From assembly GCF_006345805.1 (NCBI RefSeq), contig NC_043009.1, positions 67,456,001 through 67,520,000 on the forward strand: 64,000 bases of DNA. Reading direction: 5' to 3'. Numbering within the stretch: the stretch's first letter is position 1; the number at the start of each line of letters is the position of its first letter. The position numbers and the translations under genes are program-made. This DNA comes from Octopus sinensis (taxonomy: Eukaryota). Positions 12,857 through 26,136 of this stretch are shown here, piece by piece. The notes under the pieces are model-generated. The model ran no database searches and had not been told where the DNA came from. It saw only the letters and a program-made list of their open reading frames with translations.

Positions 12857-15400
12857 GTAAGTGACCCTCACTCCTTTCTTTTTATAGATTTTTTCCTCCT
12901 TTCTTTGATACGATGGTTGTGTTATAAGTAGGAAGTTGGTCAAGAGGACAGATTAGTGGGCAACCAATCGAGAGGTTACCAGTTCATGCATTGTACACAT
13001 TGTACCAGTGGCAATGGCCTTAGTTTGTATTTGTGTAATTACTGCAGAAAGTATTAAAAATCTAACAAGAAAAGAATTTAGGCTGCGTGGAGAGACCTGT
13101 CAGTCATTGACTAATATTATTTTGCAACAACCATGGAAGAAAAATCTGGGTATGTTTTAGTCTTGTTAAACCTTTTCAGCTAAACACATCCTTTGCTGCT
13201 CTTGCCACAATATCATTATCATTATCGTTTAATGTCTGCTTTCCATGCTGGCATGGGTTTGACGGTTTGACTGAGGACTGGTGAGCCAGAGGCTGCACCA
13301 GGCTCCAATCTGATCTTGCAAGGTTTCTACAGTTGGATGTCCTTCCTAACACCAACCACTCCAAGACCGTAGTAGGTGCTTTTATGTGCCACCGGCACGA
13401 GGGCCAGGCAGGTTGTAATGGCATCGACCCCTCTTGAATGTTGCTCTTTATGTGCTACTGGCATGGAAGCCAGGAGAGCCAGTCAAGCGGTACTGGCAAT
13501 GACCATGCTCAAATGGTGCTTTTTATGTGCCTCCGGTACGGGTGCCAGACATGTGGTCCTGGCATCAACCATGCTTGAATGGTGCTGTTTACGTGCTACT
13601 GGCATGACAATGATTTCACAGGACTCAACAGGTCTTCTCAAGCGCACTTCATTGCCCACTGATCGAAGGTTACTCTTAAATGGGCCAGAATCATTAAGTA
13701 TCACTTAGCATATGTTCACTGTCATGCATTTCTAGGCTAAGGAAATTAAAAATCTTCAGGAAGGACATCCAGCTGTAGAAACTTTGCCAGATCAGATTGG
13801 AGTCTGGTGCAACCTTCCGGCTTGCCAGCTCTCAGTCAAACCGTCCAACCCATGCCAGCATGGAAAGTGGATGTTAAACGATGACAATGATGATAATGAT
13901 GATGATGTTCTCCTGAAAAAACAAACAAACAATAGTTAGTGTTAACATATCTAATTTGGTGAGCATTAGTCATTTAGCATTTAAACTTGCAATATTTGGC
14001 CCAAATTTTCTACCTCTTTGATGTTCAAACTAGCCAGATCTAACCTCTCCCACCTACCCGACAATGTCATTCTAAAAGTGTTTAATCACATCATTAAACT
14101 CAAAACAATGTTAATAAATATGTCACATTCAACATAGTAATCTGAATGCTAAAGGGTTATAAAGCTGTTTAGGAAAAATTATGTGGTGAGGTGAAACAAT
14201 AGACAAATTACTAATCATTTGTTTAAATGAAAATGAATACTGTCAGTCTTAATTGCCAAGTGGTGCTTCGTTAGTGCTGGTGCTACGTAAAAAACACTCA
14301 GTCCACCCTGCTGAGTGGTTGGTGTTAGGAAGGGCGTCCAGCTGTAAAAACCCTGCCAAAACAGACACAGAAGTCTGGTGCGGGCTCCTACCTGGCCAGT
14401 TCCTGTCAAACCGTCCAGTCCCTGCCAGCATGGAAGATGGAGGTTTAACGATGATGATGATGATGATGTTAAAAGGCTGCAAGGTGGCAGAATCATTAGC
14501 ATGCCAGGCAAAATACTTCATGGCTTTTCATCCATCTTTACATTCTGAGTTCAATTTCTGCTGAGGTTGACTTTGCCTTTTAATCCTTTCGGGGTTGATA
14601 AATTAAGTACCAGTTGCGTACTGGGGTTGATTTAGTCAACTGGGCCCCTCCCCAAAAATTTCGGGCTTTGTGGCTAGAGCAGAAAAGAATAAAATAAGTA
14701 CCAGTCGAACAGTGGGGTTGGTGTAATTGGTTTGCCCCTCCCCTCAAATTTTCTGGCTTTATGTCAAATGTTTGAAACCAATATTAATAGCTGTGGTTAG
14801 TTGAGCAAGATGTATAATTCCCGGAAACCTTGCTAGTTGATTGGATTTGGCTGATGGGTACAATGGTTCATGTAATAGTCCGGTTCTGTATTAAATATCC
14901 TTTTCCACTCTAGGCACAAGGCCCGAAATTTTTGGGGAGTGGACCAGTCAATTAGATCACCCCCCAGTATGCAACTGATACTTAATTTATCGACCCCAAA
15001 AGGATGAAAGGCAAAGTCAACCTCGGCTGAATTTGAACCCAGAATGCAAAGACAGACGAAATACCGCTAAGCATTTTGCCTGGCGTGCTGACATTTCTGC
15101 CAGCTCACTGCCATTCTGTATTAAATATTGACACCCGCATCTAAGCATTGTAGTCACCATTTAGGTGAATTGATAAAGATATACTTAAGCAAGCCCCATC
15201 ATAGGTACAAAGTAAATATCTTTGATTACTAATCTAAGTTGCTGATTAAGATTAATAATATTGATTATATACTACGGAGTTGTTGTAAGCTGCTACTAGA
15301 AAGGTCAAAGCCAAATCTGTGAGTTAATTAAGACATCTTACCTCATTGTTAGTCATCGTACTTAAAGTTTTTTGGACAATAGCTCTCTCTTTCTCTAAAG

Positions 15401-15797
15401 ATGGAGTGGCTGTGTGGTAAGTAGCTTGCTTACCAACCACATGGTTCCGGGTTCAGTCCCACTGCGTGGCATCTTGGGCAAGTGTCTTTTACTATAGCCC
15501 CGGGCCGACCAATGCCTTGTGAGTGGATTTGGTAGACGGAAACTGAAAGAAGCCTGTCGTATATATGTATATATATGTATGTGTGTGTATATGTTTGTGT
15601 GTCTGTGTTTGTCCCCCTAGCATTGCTTGACAACCGATGCTGGTGTGTTTATGTCCCCGTTACTTAGTAGTTCGGCAAAAGAGACCGATAGAATAAGTAC
15701 TAGGCTTACAAAGAATAAGTCCCGGGGTCGATTTGCTCGACTAAAGGTGGTGCTCCAGCATGGTCGCAATCAAATGACTGAAACAAGTAAAAGAGAG
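15401..15797 (+). mobile_element. tRNA-headed SINE family A with internal (TA)/(TG) microsatellite; other copies at about 22989-23376(+), 27982-28322(+), 30382-30806(-), 30922-31300(+), 58945-59335(+), 59355-59826(-), 20680-21040(-)
   Basis: Repeated GGCTGTGTGGTAAG...GGTTCAGTCCC head, CTTGGGCAAGT CORE-like segment and common 3' end AATGACTGAAACAAGTAAAAGAG. Confidence 0.85.
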
Positions 15798-15812
15798 TAA
15801 TTATGTCTGTGC

Positions 15813-15845
<33 letters not shown>

Positions 15846-16499
15846 CAACCCTGCATATATTAATGAACAGGTTGTCAATGAATAAATAAATAGATAAATA
15901 AATCAATATTACATGTCTGTGTGTCTGGCAGCAAGGATTTGTTTGAACTTTCTGTAATATCATCATCATCATTTAACATCTGCTTTCCTTGCTAGCATGG
16001 GTTGGACGATTTTGACTGAGAGCTGGCGAACCAGATGGGTGCACCAGGCTCCAATGTGTTGTATCAAATTTAGAATAAATATTGGGGTTCTCTTAATGAA
16101 ATTTGCCCTTCATGACACTGCTCCAGCATGGCTTCTATCCAATTTTTTGCAGTAAGCAGAAGAAGAAAAGTATATCATCATCATTTAACATCCATTGTCC
16201 ATGCTAGCATGGGTTGTGGGAGTGAGAGAGAGAGCGAAACAGCCCTTCAAATTGGTGGTTAGTCAGATTAGCAACTATTTCATTAATAAAAGACATCAAA
16301 CTCTGTGGTACGTTGGTAATTGCTTTGTAACCGATGCCGATACAATATCCCTGAGGATAGAATGATCACATTGGGGATTAGGGAGTCTTGTCCATCATCA
16401 TCAACCGTCTTCGTTAAGAATCCTCGTTGTCTTCATTAAAAATCTGCCTCATCATTATCGTCATTGTCTCATTGTTCTGTTTTATTTTCCATTCTAAAG

Positions 16500-16601
16500 G
16501 ACATGAGGAATTTGAGATTTGCCCACAAACAGGAAAACCATTCTCGGAGACAAGTCTTTGAGAAGATTCAACTTTATGCTTTTCCAATTACCAACAAATT
16601 T
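16500..16601 (+). CDS. MTMR2: MTMR2 exon ([34 protein letters not shown])
   Basis: ctaaag acceptor, TTT|gtgagt donor, 102 bp. Contains the DxRNLRFA motif. Confidence 0.95.
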
Positions 16602-18206
16602 GTGAGTAGACACATGTTTTTTCTTCCTTTATTTCATATTGTTGTTGTTGTCACTGTTGTAACTGTCCGCCAAGATGTGTTAACCCTTTAGTCTTTGAAC
16701 CGGCCATATCCAACCAGCCAAAATATTCTACCTCCAGATCTGGTTTCTCACTCCGACAATATCATCATCATCATGATCATCGTTTAACATCCGTTTTCCG
16801 CGCTAGCACGGGTTGGACGGTTCGACCGGGGTCTGGGAAGCCAGGGGCTGCACCAGGCTCCAGTCTGATCTGGCAGAGTTTCTACAGCTGGATGCCCTTC
16901 TTATAAAGTAACAGTTGCCTCATCAAAACTTCAAAGCTACAAGATAATGCATGATTCATTCAAAACAAAGGGAATAAATAAGGATGCCATTCGACAGAGC
17001 AATCTGAATGCTAAAGGGTTTCAGAATGACACGTCACTTGTAGAATCCAATTTTGGTAAAATTTCAATGGCTGAATGCCCTTCTTAACCCTGGGGTACCA
17101 TTATTTTCATAGGATGTACTGGGTATATTTTATTGTAACATCACCATGAGAGCTTTGTAGGGTCTCTGTTGAAGGTAGTGAGACCAAGCAGGGGGTGAAT
17201 GGAAGAGCGAGTGGTTATAGGGGTAGAGTGAGTGTGTGATGAATGAGAAAGTGATTGGAGTTGGGGTGTGGAGTGTTGGGACAGTGGTGGTGGGCAGGGG
17301 AAAGGCAGACAGTCAGAAATAGCAGCTGTGTAATGTTGTGTGGGAGCAGGCATGGGCAACCTTTTTCATGGAGAAGTAGGCTGCGTAAGGCATGGCTCAT
17401 TATCAAGTGTGCCACTTTACTAACGAAGTTGCAAGGTAATTCTTTAATTAGGCATGCCACTCAGAAAGTTCCATGGGTTGCAGATTGCCCATGACTATGT
17501 TAGAGGGAGATTGTGTTGTAGATGATAACAGAGATAGGAGGAGGTGAGAGAGAGGAAGAAAATGTTGGATGTCAATAATTGATGGTTGTGGGAAGAGGGA
17601 ATGATAACAAGCAGCAGAGAAAGATTGAAGGGGGGGAGGGGCGGTGTGTCAGATTTGAACAGTTTTGGTGCTAATTCTCATCCCTATACATCTTGATGAG
17701 AGAGAGAGAGGAAGGAGGGAGGGTGAATGAGGTGGTGGTAGATGTAGATGCTAGAATATATCTGGGGCCCTAACAGGTGTTACCACTAAAGCTCAGAGTA
17801 GACCTGGGAACAACCATTGTGGCCAAGTGGTGGGTCCACACTTTTCAAAGCCCTGGAACTCATGCATCGAGGCCTGATTACTGGATGCAGTTTAAAGATG
17901 AAAGAGAGCAATGATTATGTCATATCAATTATACAGTATTAATTACATAATGAAAGAACCATAGGCATCCGGCCTTAACCCTGGGGAACATTATATATAT
18001 GTATATATAATAAACAAGCCAGAATTTGCTAGGTTCAGGGTTCAGTTCTCTGTAATGGCTACTAAGGATATTTACCTGATCTTCTAAGCTGTTTCCACAA
18101 CTATTCTGCATTTGAGATTTCCTTCGTATATATGCTTGTATATGTATGTATATATGTATGTAGATAAAATATATCTTCATTGAATATTTGTTATTTCTCT
18201 TTGCAG

Positions 18207-18290
18207 CCATTGTTTGCTTTCCAATTCAAAGCTAATTATGAAGAGGATGGATGGTCTATATCTGACCAACTTGCTGAATTTAAACGCCAG
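18207..18290 (+). CDS. MTMR2: MTMR2 exon (PLFAFQFKANYEEDGWSISDQLAEFKRQ)
   Basis: ttgcag acceptor, CAG|gtaact donor, 84 bp. Confidence 0.94.
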
Positions 18291-19200
18291 GTAACTTCAT
18301 TTTTTAATGATTACATTGTTTGTTGGGATCTGAAAATTGTGACTTCTGCTCTATATTATAGAAGAGTCAGTTTCCAAATCCAAATTCTTCTCCATGTCCC
18401 CTTATGTTTTACCCATGGTCTTAACAAAGCCCTATTATTATCAATAATTCAGTGTCAGTATATAGTTTGTTTCCTAAGTAAGGCGTTTAATTTTGCCTGT
18501 CCAAATTTCCCTGAATTAACAAAAGACAGGTTCCACACTTCATAAAGGAGTGGGTAACATCTGGCTGCAACCTGTCTTGCTTCAGTGAACATCTTCCCAT
18601 TCATAGAAGCATAGAAAAAAATGGAAGGAGGACAAAAAAACTCACCCCCAAATGCAGTAAGGTTACTGTGTTATTGATAATTATTTATTAAGCTTAATTT
18701 ATTCCCTTCCTTAAGCCCTTCACTTTCTATGAAGAAAAGGCCTTCAGTGACCCTTCTCTACTGTTCTCTGCTCTGACCTGTCTTTTCTGCTTCCCTCTAG
18801 TTGGGTCCCTACTTTTTCAGCCCTGCCTCAGTATTTCACCTCCAGCTCTTTTTAGGGTGTCCTCTCTTTTATTTCCCTTGTGAAATTCAGAGCAGGGCCT
18901 GGCATAGCATGTTTCCATAAGGAGTCACTGACTGACATAGTCTAACTGCAATTGTATCACTTCTCTACCAAATAGTATATCATCACTTGTACCTCTCTCT
19001 TTCATAATTTTCTTACATCCGGAGATTTGACCTCTCACAGCCTCTTCCCACTTCTATCCTCCGTCTTCCTCATTAACAGGCAAGCCATCACCAAGAGCAC
19101 ATTACACGTTTTCATCCAACACTCATTAACCATCTGCATTCATATGTCTATACCAGTGGAGTGGTCTCTATTAATGCATGCATCAGCCAATACCATAAAC

Positions 19201-19245
<45 letters not shown>

Positions 19246-19380
19246 TGTATAAATGTCTCTTTGAAGGCGTGGGTTCGTATCCCACCGCTGCCACAATAAA
19301 ATTTGTCCAACCCATGCCAGCATGGAAAATGGACGTTTCACGATGATGATGATGATGATGTATTTGTGTTTCCTTTGCAG

Positions 19381-19452
19381 GGTATACCGAACACTTGGCG
19401 AATCAGCCGTGTTAACGAGAACTATGAGCTGTGTGATACATACCCAAGTTTG
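19381..19452 (+). CDS. MTMR2: MTMR2 exon (GIPNTWRISRVNENYELCDTYPSL)
   Basis: ttgcag acceptor, TTG|gtaagt donor, 72 bp. Contains the YELCDTYP motif. Confidence 0.95.
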
Positions 19453-19779
19453 GTAAGTGTGTTGCTTTTATTTCTTTGTCTGCTTCCATTACCTCTCTCT
19501 CTTGGAACAGGTGGTCCATATGAGCCTGACCCCTATCCTCTGACCTGTCCAGCATAGGTGGTGGCTCCCTGCCAGGACCTTTTGCTCTGCTGGCATTGAG
19601 ACATACAGACCACCACAGCCTGACCGTGACTGGACCATGGAGTGGACAGAAAGGCTTTACACTGCAAGGATTTCGATGTCTGAATGATGGCACTCTCTTG
19701 TTGAAAAAAATGTGATAAAACGAAACAGCTGTAGTGAGACTTGAACACCTAATCCCATGAACTATTCTGTTCAGTATTT

Positions 19780-20180
19780 TCTCCACCTTTACATTATTTC
19801 ATCCATCATTGTTGACAATGACCCATGATGGGGAGATGACAAGGCATGGTGTGACTGACTGTGGCCAGTCAGTGTGGAAGGCTCTGCTGCAGGTCGGGCA
19901 TTTGTGGTCTGTTGGGGCTGAAGGCAAGGTGCTGGCTCTGGACTTGGGTAGTTCATGTTTTCCCTGTGCCATTGCAATCCTGTTCTATTCATGGCACTTC
20001 TGTTGGTGCTGCTTCACCAGGCACGGAACTCTTGTGCTTGCATTTCCCAGGTTTCAGGGTTGATTTCTTTGCTCTTCAGTGTAGCTTGATTCACAGCAAA
20101 CTGGCTTCCTGCCAGTTTGCTGTGAATCAGGCTCTTAGGGAGTTGCATGTCAGGCATTCAACCAAGGTCATTTTATAGTA
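19780..20180 (-). mobile_element. Decayed 3' end of a second RTE-like LINE
   Basis: Minus-strand KEINPETWEMQAQ and HKCPTCSRAF, like the C-terminal C2H2 region of RTE-type ORFs. Confidence 0.5.
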
Positions 20181-20544
20181 AAGATTGTTTGCCAACATAA
20201 CATGGCAGTCCTGGTTTAGGACTAATGTTGTTATAATTTAGCCCCAGGAGACCTCTTCTCCAGCTTGCTATATGACACAATCTGTGTCCTTACATTTTCA
20301 AACAAAGGAATCTAGCACCCCCACTCAGCTCAAAACAATATCTGTGAATCACGATTTCCAGGTTATTTCTCTTCATCAGCACAGAATAATTGTTCAGACT
20401 GCCATGTTATGTTGGTGACCAATCTTTACTACAAAGTACTGTTGCTGAATATCTCACGTTGTGAGATTAAAAATTAAAAAATTGTAATTTTCTCAGTCAT
20501 TTTATGTCTGATTCACTCCAGCTATCTCTTTCTTCATTTTTCAG

Positions 20545-20619
20545 CTGGTTGTTCCCAAAACGGCTTCCGATGAGTATTTGCGTCATGTTGCTGGATTCCG
20601 TAGCAGAGGACGTCTTCCA
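20545..20619 (+). CDS. MTMR2: MTMR2 exon (LVVPKTASDEYLRHVAGFRSRGRLP)
   Basis: tttcag acceptor, CCA|gtaagt donor, 75 bp. Contains the FRSRGRxP motif. Confidence 0.95.
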
Positions 20620-20806
20620 GTAAGTGTTTTTAAAAATTTTTATTCTGTTTTGTTATTTTGTTTCTTCGAACAAATCACCATATTTACAAGAATATGACTT
20701 ATAGTATAGTACTTATTCTATCGGTCTCTCTTGCTAAGTTACATGGACGTAAACCCACCAGCATCGGTTGTCAAGCAATGTTGCTGGGACAAACAGAGGC
20801 ACACAA

Positions 20807-20840
<34 letters not shown>

Positions 20841-20897
20841 TTTGGATTAACTGGTGCTAGAGTGAGCAATATAGTGACCACTCTCTTATATTTATTT

Positions 20898-20935
<38 letters not shown>

Positions 20936-21296
20936 CATACATACACGACAAGCTTCTTTCAGTTTCCGCCTACCAAATCCACTCACAAGGCTTTGGTCGG
21001 CCTGAGGCTATAGTAGAAGACATTTGCCCAAGGTGCCATAATTTTTAAACATAGATTGTACCATATGGGTGCATAAAATCATTTTAAGTGAGGTATGTTT
21101 GGGAATAAATTGCAATAATATAATAGGGTATGTTCTTACCTCAAAAGGGGTTGATTATTGTCTGAGGGGTGTTGTTAAAATGAGGGTTACTAGGAGAACA
21201 AGGGACTCTATCTTCCATATTAAGGTTCATCATCATCATCATCATCTACTTGATAGTTTATCCTTACCTATTCAGAGTATTTTTTTTTTTCAACAG

Positions 21297-21485
21297 GTGA
21301 TGTCATGGATCCACCCAGAGTCGCAGGCGACCATCACTCGTTCCAGCCAACCTTTGGTCGGAGTCACTGGCAAGCGGAACAAAGAAGATGAACAATACAT
21401 TCAGATGATTATGGATGCCAACGCCCAGTCGCACAAACTGTTCATCATGGATGCTCGACCCAGTGCAAATGCCATGGCCAACAAG
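21297..21485 (+). CDS. MTMR2: MTMR2 exon ([22 protein letters not shown]...[12 protein letters not shown])
   Basis: caacag acceptor, AAG|gtcact donor, 189 bp. Strong myotubularin similarity. Confidence 0.96.
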
Positions 21486-22327
21486 GTCACTGACTCTTCT
21501 TTACACATTCACACTCATTCTAGCCTTATCTCTTTCTCTCTTCCTCTCTTCTCTTTCCTCTTTCTCTTCCCTCTTTCTCTTCTCTTTTCTCTTTCTCTTC
21601 CCTCTTTCTCTTCTCTTTTCTTTTTCTCTCTTTCCTCTTTCTCTCTCCTCTTTTCCTCTTTCTCTTTCCTCTTCTTCTCTCTTCTCTTTTCTCTTTCCCT
21701 CTTCTTCTCTCTTCTCTTTTCTCTTCCCTCTTCCCTTTCTCTCGTTTCTCTTTTATTCCCTCTTTTTGCTTCCCCCCTTGTTGTTGTTGTTATGCTCATT
21801 TACAACTACCAAACAATGTCAAGACAAGGAGACACACACGCACACATAATCTAGCTGTAGAAACCATTCCAAAGCTAACATGTGTAGCCCAGCAGCTTGC
21901 AGGATTTCGGGTAAATCATCCAACCCATGACAGCATGGAAAACTGGTATTAAATGAGATAATGATGATATTTATATGTGTGTATGTATGTATATATATAT
22001 ATATATATTTGAAAAAACGAATAGAGATGGCTTTTGGGGGGATAATTTTTATTTTAATGATAATGTTTACAGTTACTCTAATGAGTTTCAAGCTTTTCGA
22101 TAGCCGTTTTCAAACTGAAATTCTGTGGTTTAGAAGACTGTGTATATAGCAACAGACATTTTTCTTACAAGTATACAAATAAAAAGTAAAAATAGGAAAC
22201 AAAAGATAGAAAAATAAGTAAAGTAATATATTTTATTTTTTATATTGGTTTTTTTTGCCAGATGGCAAAGAAAACTGGGAAAGTAGTTAATGGTCACAAT
22301 AATCCTGTCTTTTATGGTATTTTTCAG

Positions 22328-22419
22328 GCTAAAGGAGGGGGATATGAGAACGAGGATGCTTATCACAATGCTGAGCTGATTTTCTTTGATATTCCTAACA
22401 TCCATGTGATGAGAGAGAG
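22328..22419 (+). CDS. MTMR2: MTMR2 exon ([31 protein letters not shown])
   Basis: tttcag acceptor, AG|gtaaat donor, 92 bp. Contains GGGYE and NIHVMRES motifs. Confidence 0.96.
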
Positions 22420-23570
22420 GTAAATATGACTTGTTTTTTTTTTTTTACTTTCCATACGTGCACCCATATTCACACATTATAACACAGACAGACACACAAG
22501 CCCAATAATACACATATTTGCCCTCCTCCCACTGTCCACTTGCTCCAGATCTTAACACTGTCTTCCAAACATCAACACCTTTTGGATATCTTGCAGAATG
22601 ACACACAATGGTTTTTTTTTACGGTATACAAGTCAAATTTTTTCGATGAAAATTTTCAGCCAAACAGTAGGTCAGTTGACTTATAAATAAACCAAGACAA
22701 TTTTGGAGGACCAAAAAGTCTATGTGAACTACTGTAGGATTTGGAAAGACAACAATAATGTTTGGATGTTTACACATGTATCAGGACAATTACCTTTCTA
22801 GAACAATTCCCCCTGATGACAACTACCCCCCTAGGACAATTATCCCCCTTGGTTAATTACTCCCTCTCTAATATATTAAAAAGTTTTAAATCATCATCTG
22901 TTGTCCTTGAGGTGGGGTGGGGTATTGTCCATGGGGTGGTGAAGTAAATATCCTAGACTCATTTACACATTTACACAATATATACAGTAGTGGCTGTGTG
23001 GTAAGTAGCTTGCTAACCAACCACATGGTTCCGGGTTCAGTCCCACTGCGTGGCATCTTGGGCAAGTGTCTTCTGCTATAGCCCCGGGCCGACCAATGCC
23101 TTGTGAGTGGATTTGGTAGACGGAAACTGAAAGAAGCCTGTTGTATATATGTGTGTGTGTGTGTTTGTGTGTCTGTGTTTGTCCCCCTAGCATTGCTTGA
23201 CAACTGATGCTGGTGTGTTTACGTCCCCGTTACTTAGCGGTTTGGCAAAAGAGACCGATAGAATAAGTACTGGGCTTACAAAAGAATAAGTCCCGGGGTT
23301 GAGTTGCTCAATTAAAAGGCGGTGCTCCAGCATGGCCGCAGTCAAATGACTGAAACAGGTAAAAGAGTAAAAGAGTATATGATATGTTGGCTTGTATGCC
23401 ATAAAATATATTATACCACAATGTCCACAGTACTATGGTCAACCCTCAACATGTTACAGAGGGGCCAGCTGCTTATGTCCGGTCATCACACAACACTCGT
23501 TATTGTAATGTCTACAAAACCGATTGCTTGATTTGAAGATAAACCTTCTGTTTCTCTTTCTTTTTTTCAG

Positions 23571-23664
23571 TTTAAGAAAGTTAAAAGATGTCTGTTTCCC
23601 CAACATCAATGAGACTCATTGGTTGTCCAATATTGAGTCAACACGTTGGCTGGATCACATCAAG
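23571..23664 (+). CDS. MTMR2: MTMR2 exon ([31 protein letters not shown])
   Basis: tttcag acceptor, AAG|gtgagc donor, 94 bp. Completes the split Ser codon from the previous exon. Confidence 0.96.
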
Positions 23665-24787
23665 GTGAGCGAACAAACAGATTCCAAGTTCAAATTTCAC
23701 CATATGTCATTGTAACAATGTTTTTTTTTCTCTTTTAATCTCATGTGGAGGTTCATCATATTACTAATTACCAAAATGAAAAAACTAAGATGTAAGATAG
23801 CAAGTCAAGCAACTTTATGTGGTTCTCTCATGTGGTCTTTGTTTTCTGACAGCAACACCTGAAACGACACAAGTGCGAAATGCTATCAGCCTCAGCCAGT
23901 GGCATGAAGTGTGGAGACTTGCCTGCATTGACCAACTGCTGGTCTCCCTAGAAAAAATTAAAATTTTTGCTCAAGTCTGCACATATATGCACAGTCAACA
24001 TTGACCAATGGAGGTCCTACATAGTCACTCAGAAAGTGATAAATACATAACTTATGTCAGTGAGCCTGTTGTATTTGCTTTATCTCAATTTGGTTCTTAT
24101 AATTATCTGCTATCACCTGGATTTGTTTGTTATCAGTTTGTTAGAGTCTCTCTCCAAGTCTAGCGACTTCTTCTCTGCATGGAGAGGTCATAGCTCCTGT
24201 ACTATAAGACACGTGATTAGAATGTCACAGGAAAGAATTGCAAGACAGATTCTTCAAGAAAAGCTGACAGGCTGGAGACACTTGGGGCAGACCAAGAATC
24301 AGATGGTTGGATAATATTCATTGTCTCAGTTGGTAGAATTTGGGAATCCATCCGGGAAGTGTAAAGATGGTTTCTTCTGATGGAGTCCTGCAGAAAAGGT
24401 GCATGAAGACTCTACCCTGACAAATCCTCTCAGGAAGAGCAGCCAGAAAAGATGGATGAGTGCAGTTTGTCTGTGTCAGCTGGGTTTCTTGGATGCTTTT
24501 CCTTCTGTATTATGAGCTTGTGGTCATACAGAAACAAATTATTATCTGACACATTCAGAAATTGGATGTTAATTTGATTGAAAAAAAACCCAAACAAACA
24601 AAGAATTCATATTGATTATCTGTATAGATTGTTGTGCAGCCTTCTGGCTTGTCACTCATCAGTTCAACTCCTCCAACCCATGCCAGCATGGAAAGCGAAT
24701 GTGAAACGATAATGATAATGATGATGATGATTGTTATTCAAACGATCAAATCCCTGTTATTATTTTTTTCTTCTTCTTGGATTCCAG

Positions 24788-24886
24788 CAAATTTTAGCCG
24801 GCGCTGTTCGTATTGCTGACAAAGTGGAATATTACAAGACGTCTGTGTTGGTTCATTGCAGCGATGGTTGGGACCGAACTGCTCAG
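24788..24886 (+). CDS. MTMR2: MTMR2 catalytic exon ([33 protein letters not shown])
   Basis: ttccag acceptor, CAG|gtaatt donor, 99 bp. Intact CX5R active site HCSDGWDRT. Confidence 0.98.
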
Positions 24887-25075
24887 GTAATTTATAAATA
24901 ATTATTTGTGAATTTATATTTTCAGTTGGTTGTTGTTGTTGTTGTTGTTGTTTTAGTCTAGTCCAGCCCTGACCAAGCAGACTTACAATCAAAGGTTACA
25001 CGGTTGTTCATTTCTGTGATTTCCAGGAATAGTAAAAGACTACGTCATCTAACGTTTTCTTTCAGTGAAGGCGTG

Positions 25076-25390
25076 TGGCTTAGTGGTCAGGGTATCAGGA
25101 TCACGATTTTAAGGTCATGAGTTCAATTCCTGGCAGTTTGTTGTGTCCTTGAGCAAGACACTTTATTTCACATTGCTCCAGTTCACACAACTTGCAGAAA
25201 TGAGTGGGACTTATATTCCAAGGGGCCAACCTTGTAACATTGTGTGTCACTCTGAATCTCCCTGAGAACTACATTAAAGGTACGTGTGTGTGTGGAGTGC
25301 TCAGCCACTTGCAGGTTAATTTCTTGAGGAGTCTGTTCCATTGATCGGATCAACTGGAACCCTCGTCATCATAACCAATGGAGTGCCAGT
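25076..25390 (+). mobile_element. tRNA-headed SINE family C; reverse copy at about 1267-1571
   Basis: TGGCTTAGTGG A box, GAGTTCAATTCC B box and GTCCTTGAGCAAGACACT core. The two copies are clearly homologous. Confidence 0.75.
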
Positions 25391-26028
25391 TAATGCTTTC
25401 TTCCTTTTTTTTTTTTTCTAAGAGATTTGGTTCTTATGTTTAGCTGATCAAGAAATTAATAGAGGTACCTAATGTTGGTGTTGGGAAGCCCCAGTCTTTG
25501 AATCGATCTATAGTAGAGATGACCAGTCAAAGCGAGTCCTAGAACTATGCAAGAGGCAATTATCTCTATATATATAAAAGGCAAAATGTCTGTGTGTGTG
25601 TGTGTGTGTGCGTGCGTGTTCTTTATACAAATCCACAATTTTTCAGTTAGAGGGCTCGCACTTTCTATGGTCATTCAAAGCCGTCCAAGTGTGGTCGTGC
25701 ACATCTTTACATTTCCCCAGTCACCCCACAGAGCCATTAAAAAATCAATAGAAGTGACTTTTTTGTGAATTTTCTATCCAAAACCCAATCAAAATGCCCG
25801 AAACTTGATACGCCAATTGAATGCCAGCTAGCCGTATGTGATTGGTTGGAGATTTTGGACAGTACTCACGTGTATGTGCACACACACGCAGCTGTATATG
25901 CATGCACTAGCACCATGACCCGGCAACGCCAGGTCATAGTGCTAGTGTTGTTTATTTGATTCTTACCATAATGTTTCTAATTGTTTGATATTCCTGAGAT
26001 TTTCAATTTCTCTCTCTCTAATCCACAG

Positions 26029-26136
26029 CTCACCTCTCTTGCAATGATTATGCTGGATCCGTACTACCGAACTGTGAAGGGGTTTGAACTCCTGATAGAA
26101 AAAGAGTGGCTCAGTTTTGGACATAAATTTGCTCAA
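26029..26136 (+). CDS. MTMR2: MTMR2 exon ([36 protein letters not shown])
   Basis: ccacag acceptor, CAA|gtaagt donor, 108 bp. Confidence 0.97.

Noticed and set aside
21069-21854. 261-aa ORF as a single CDS
   Set aside because: Only 21297-21485 is exon; the rest is intron read-through including a CT-rich tract.
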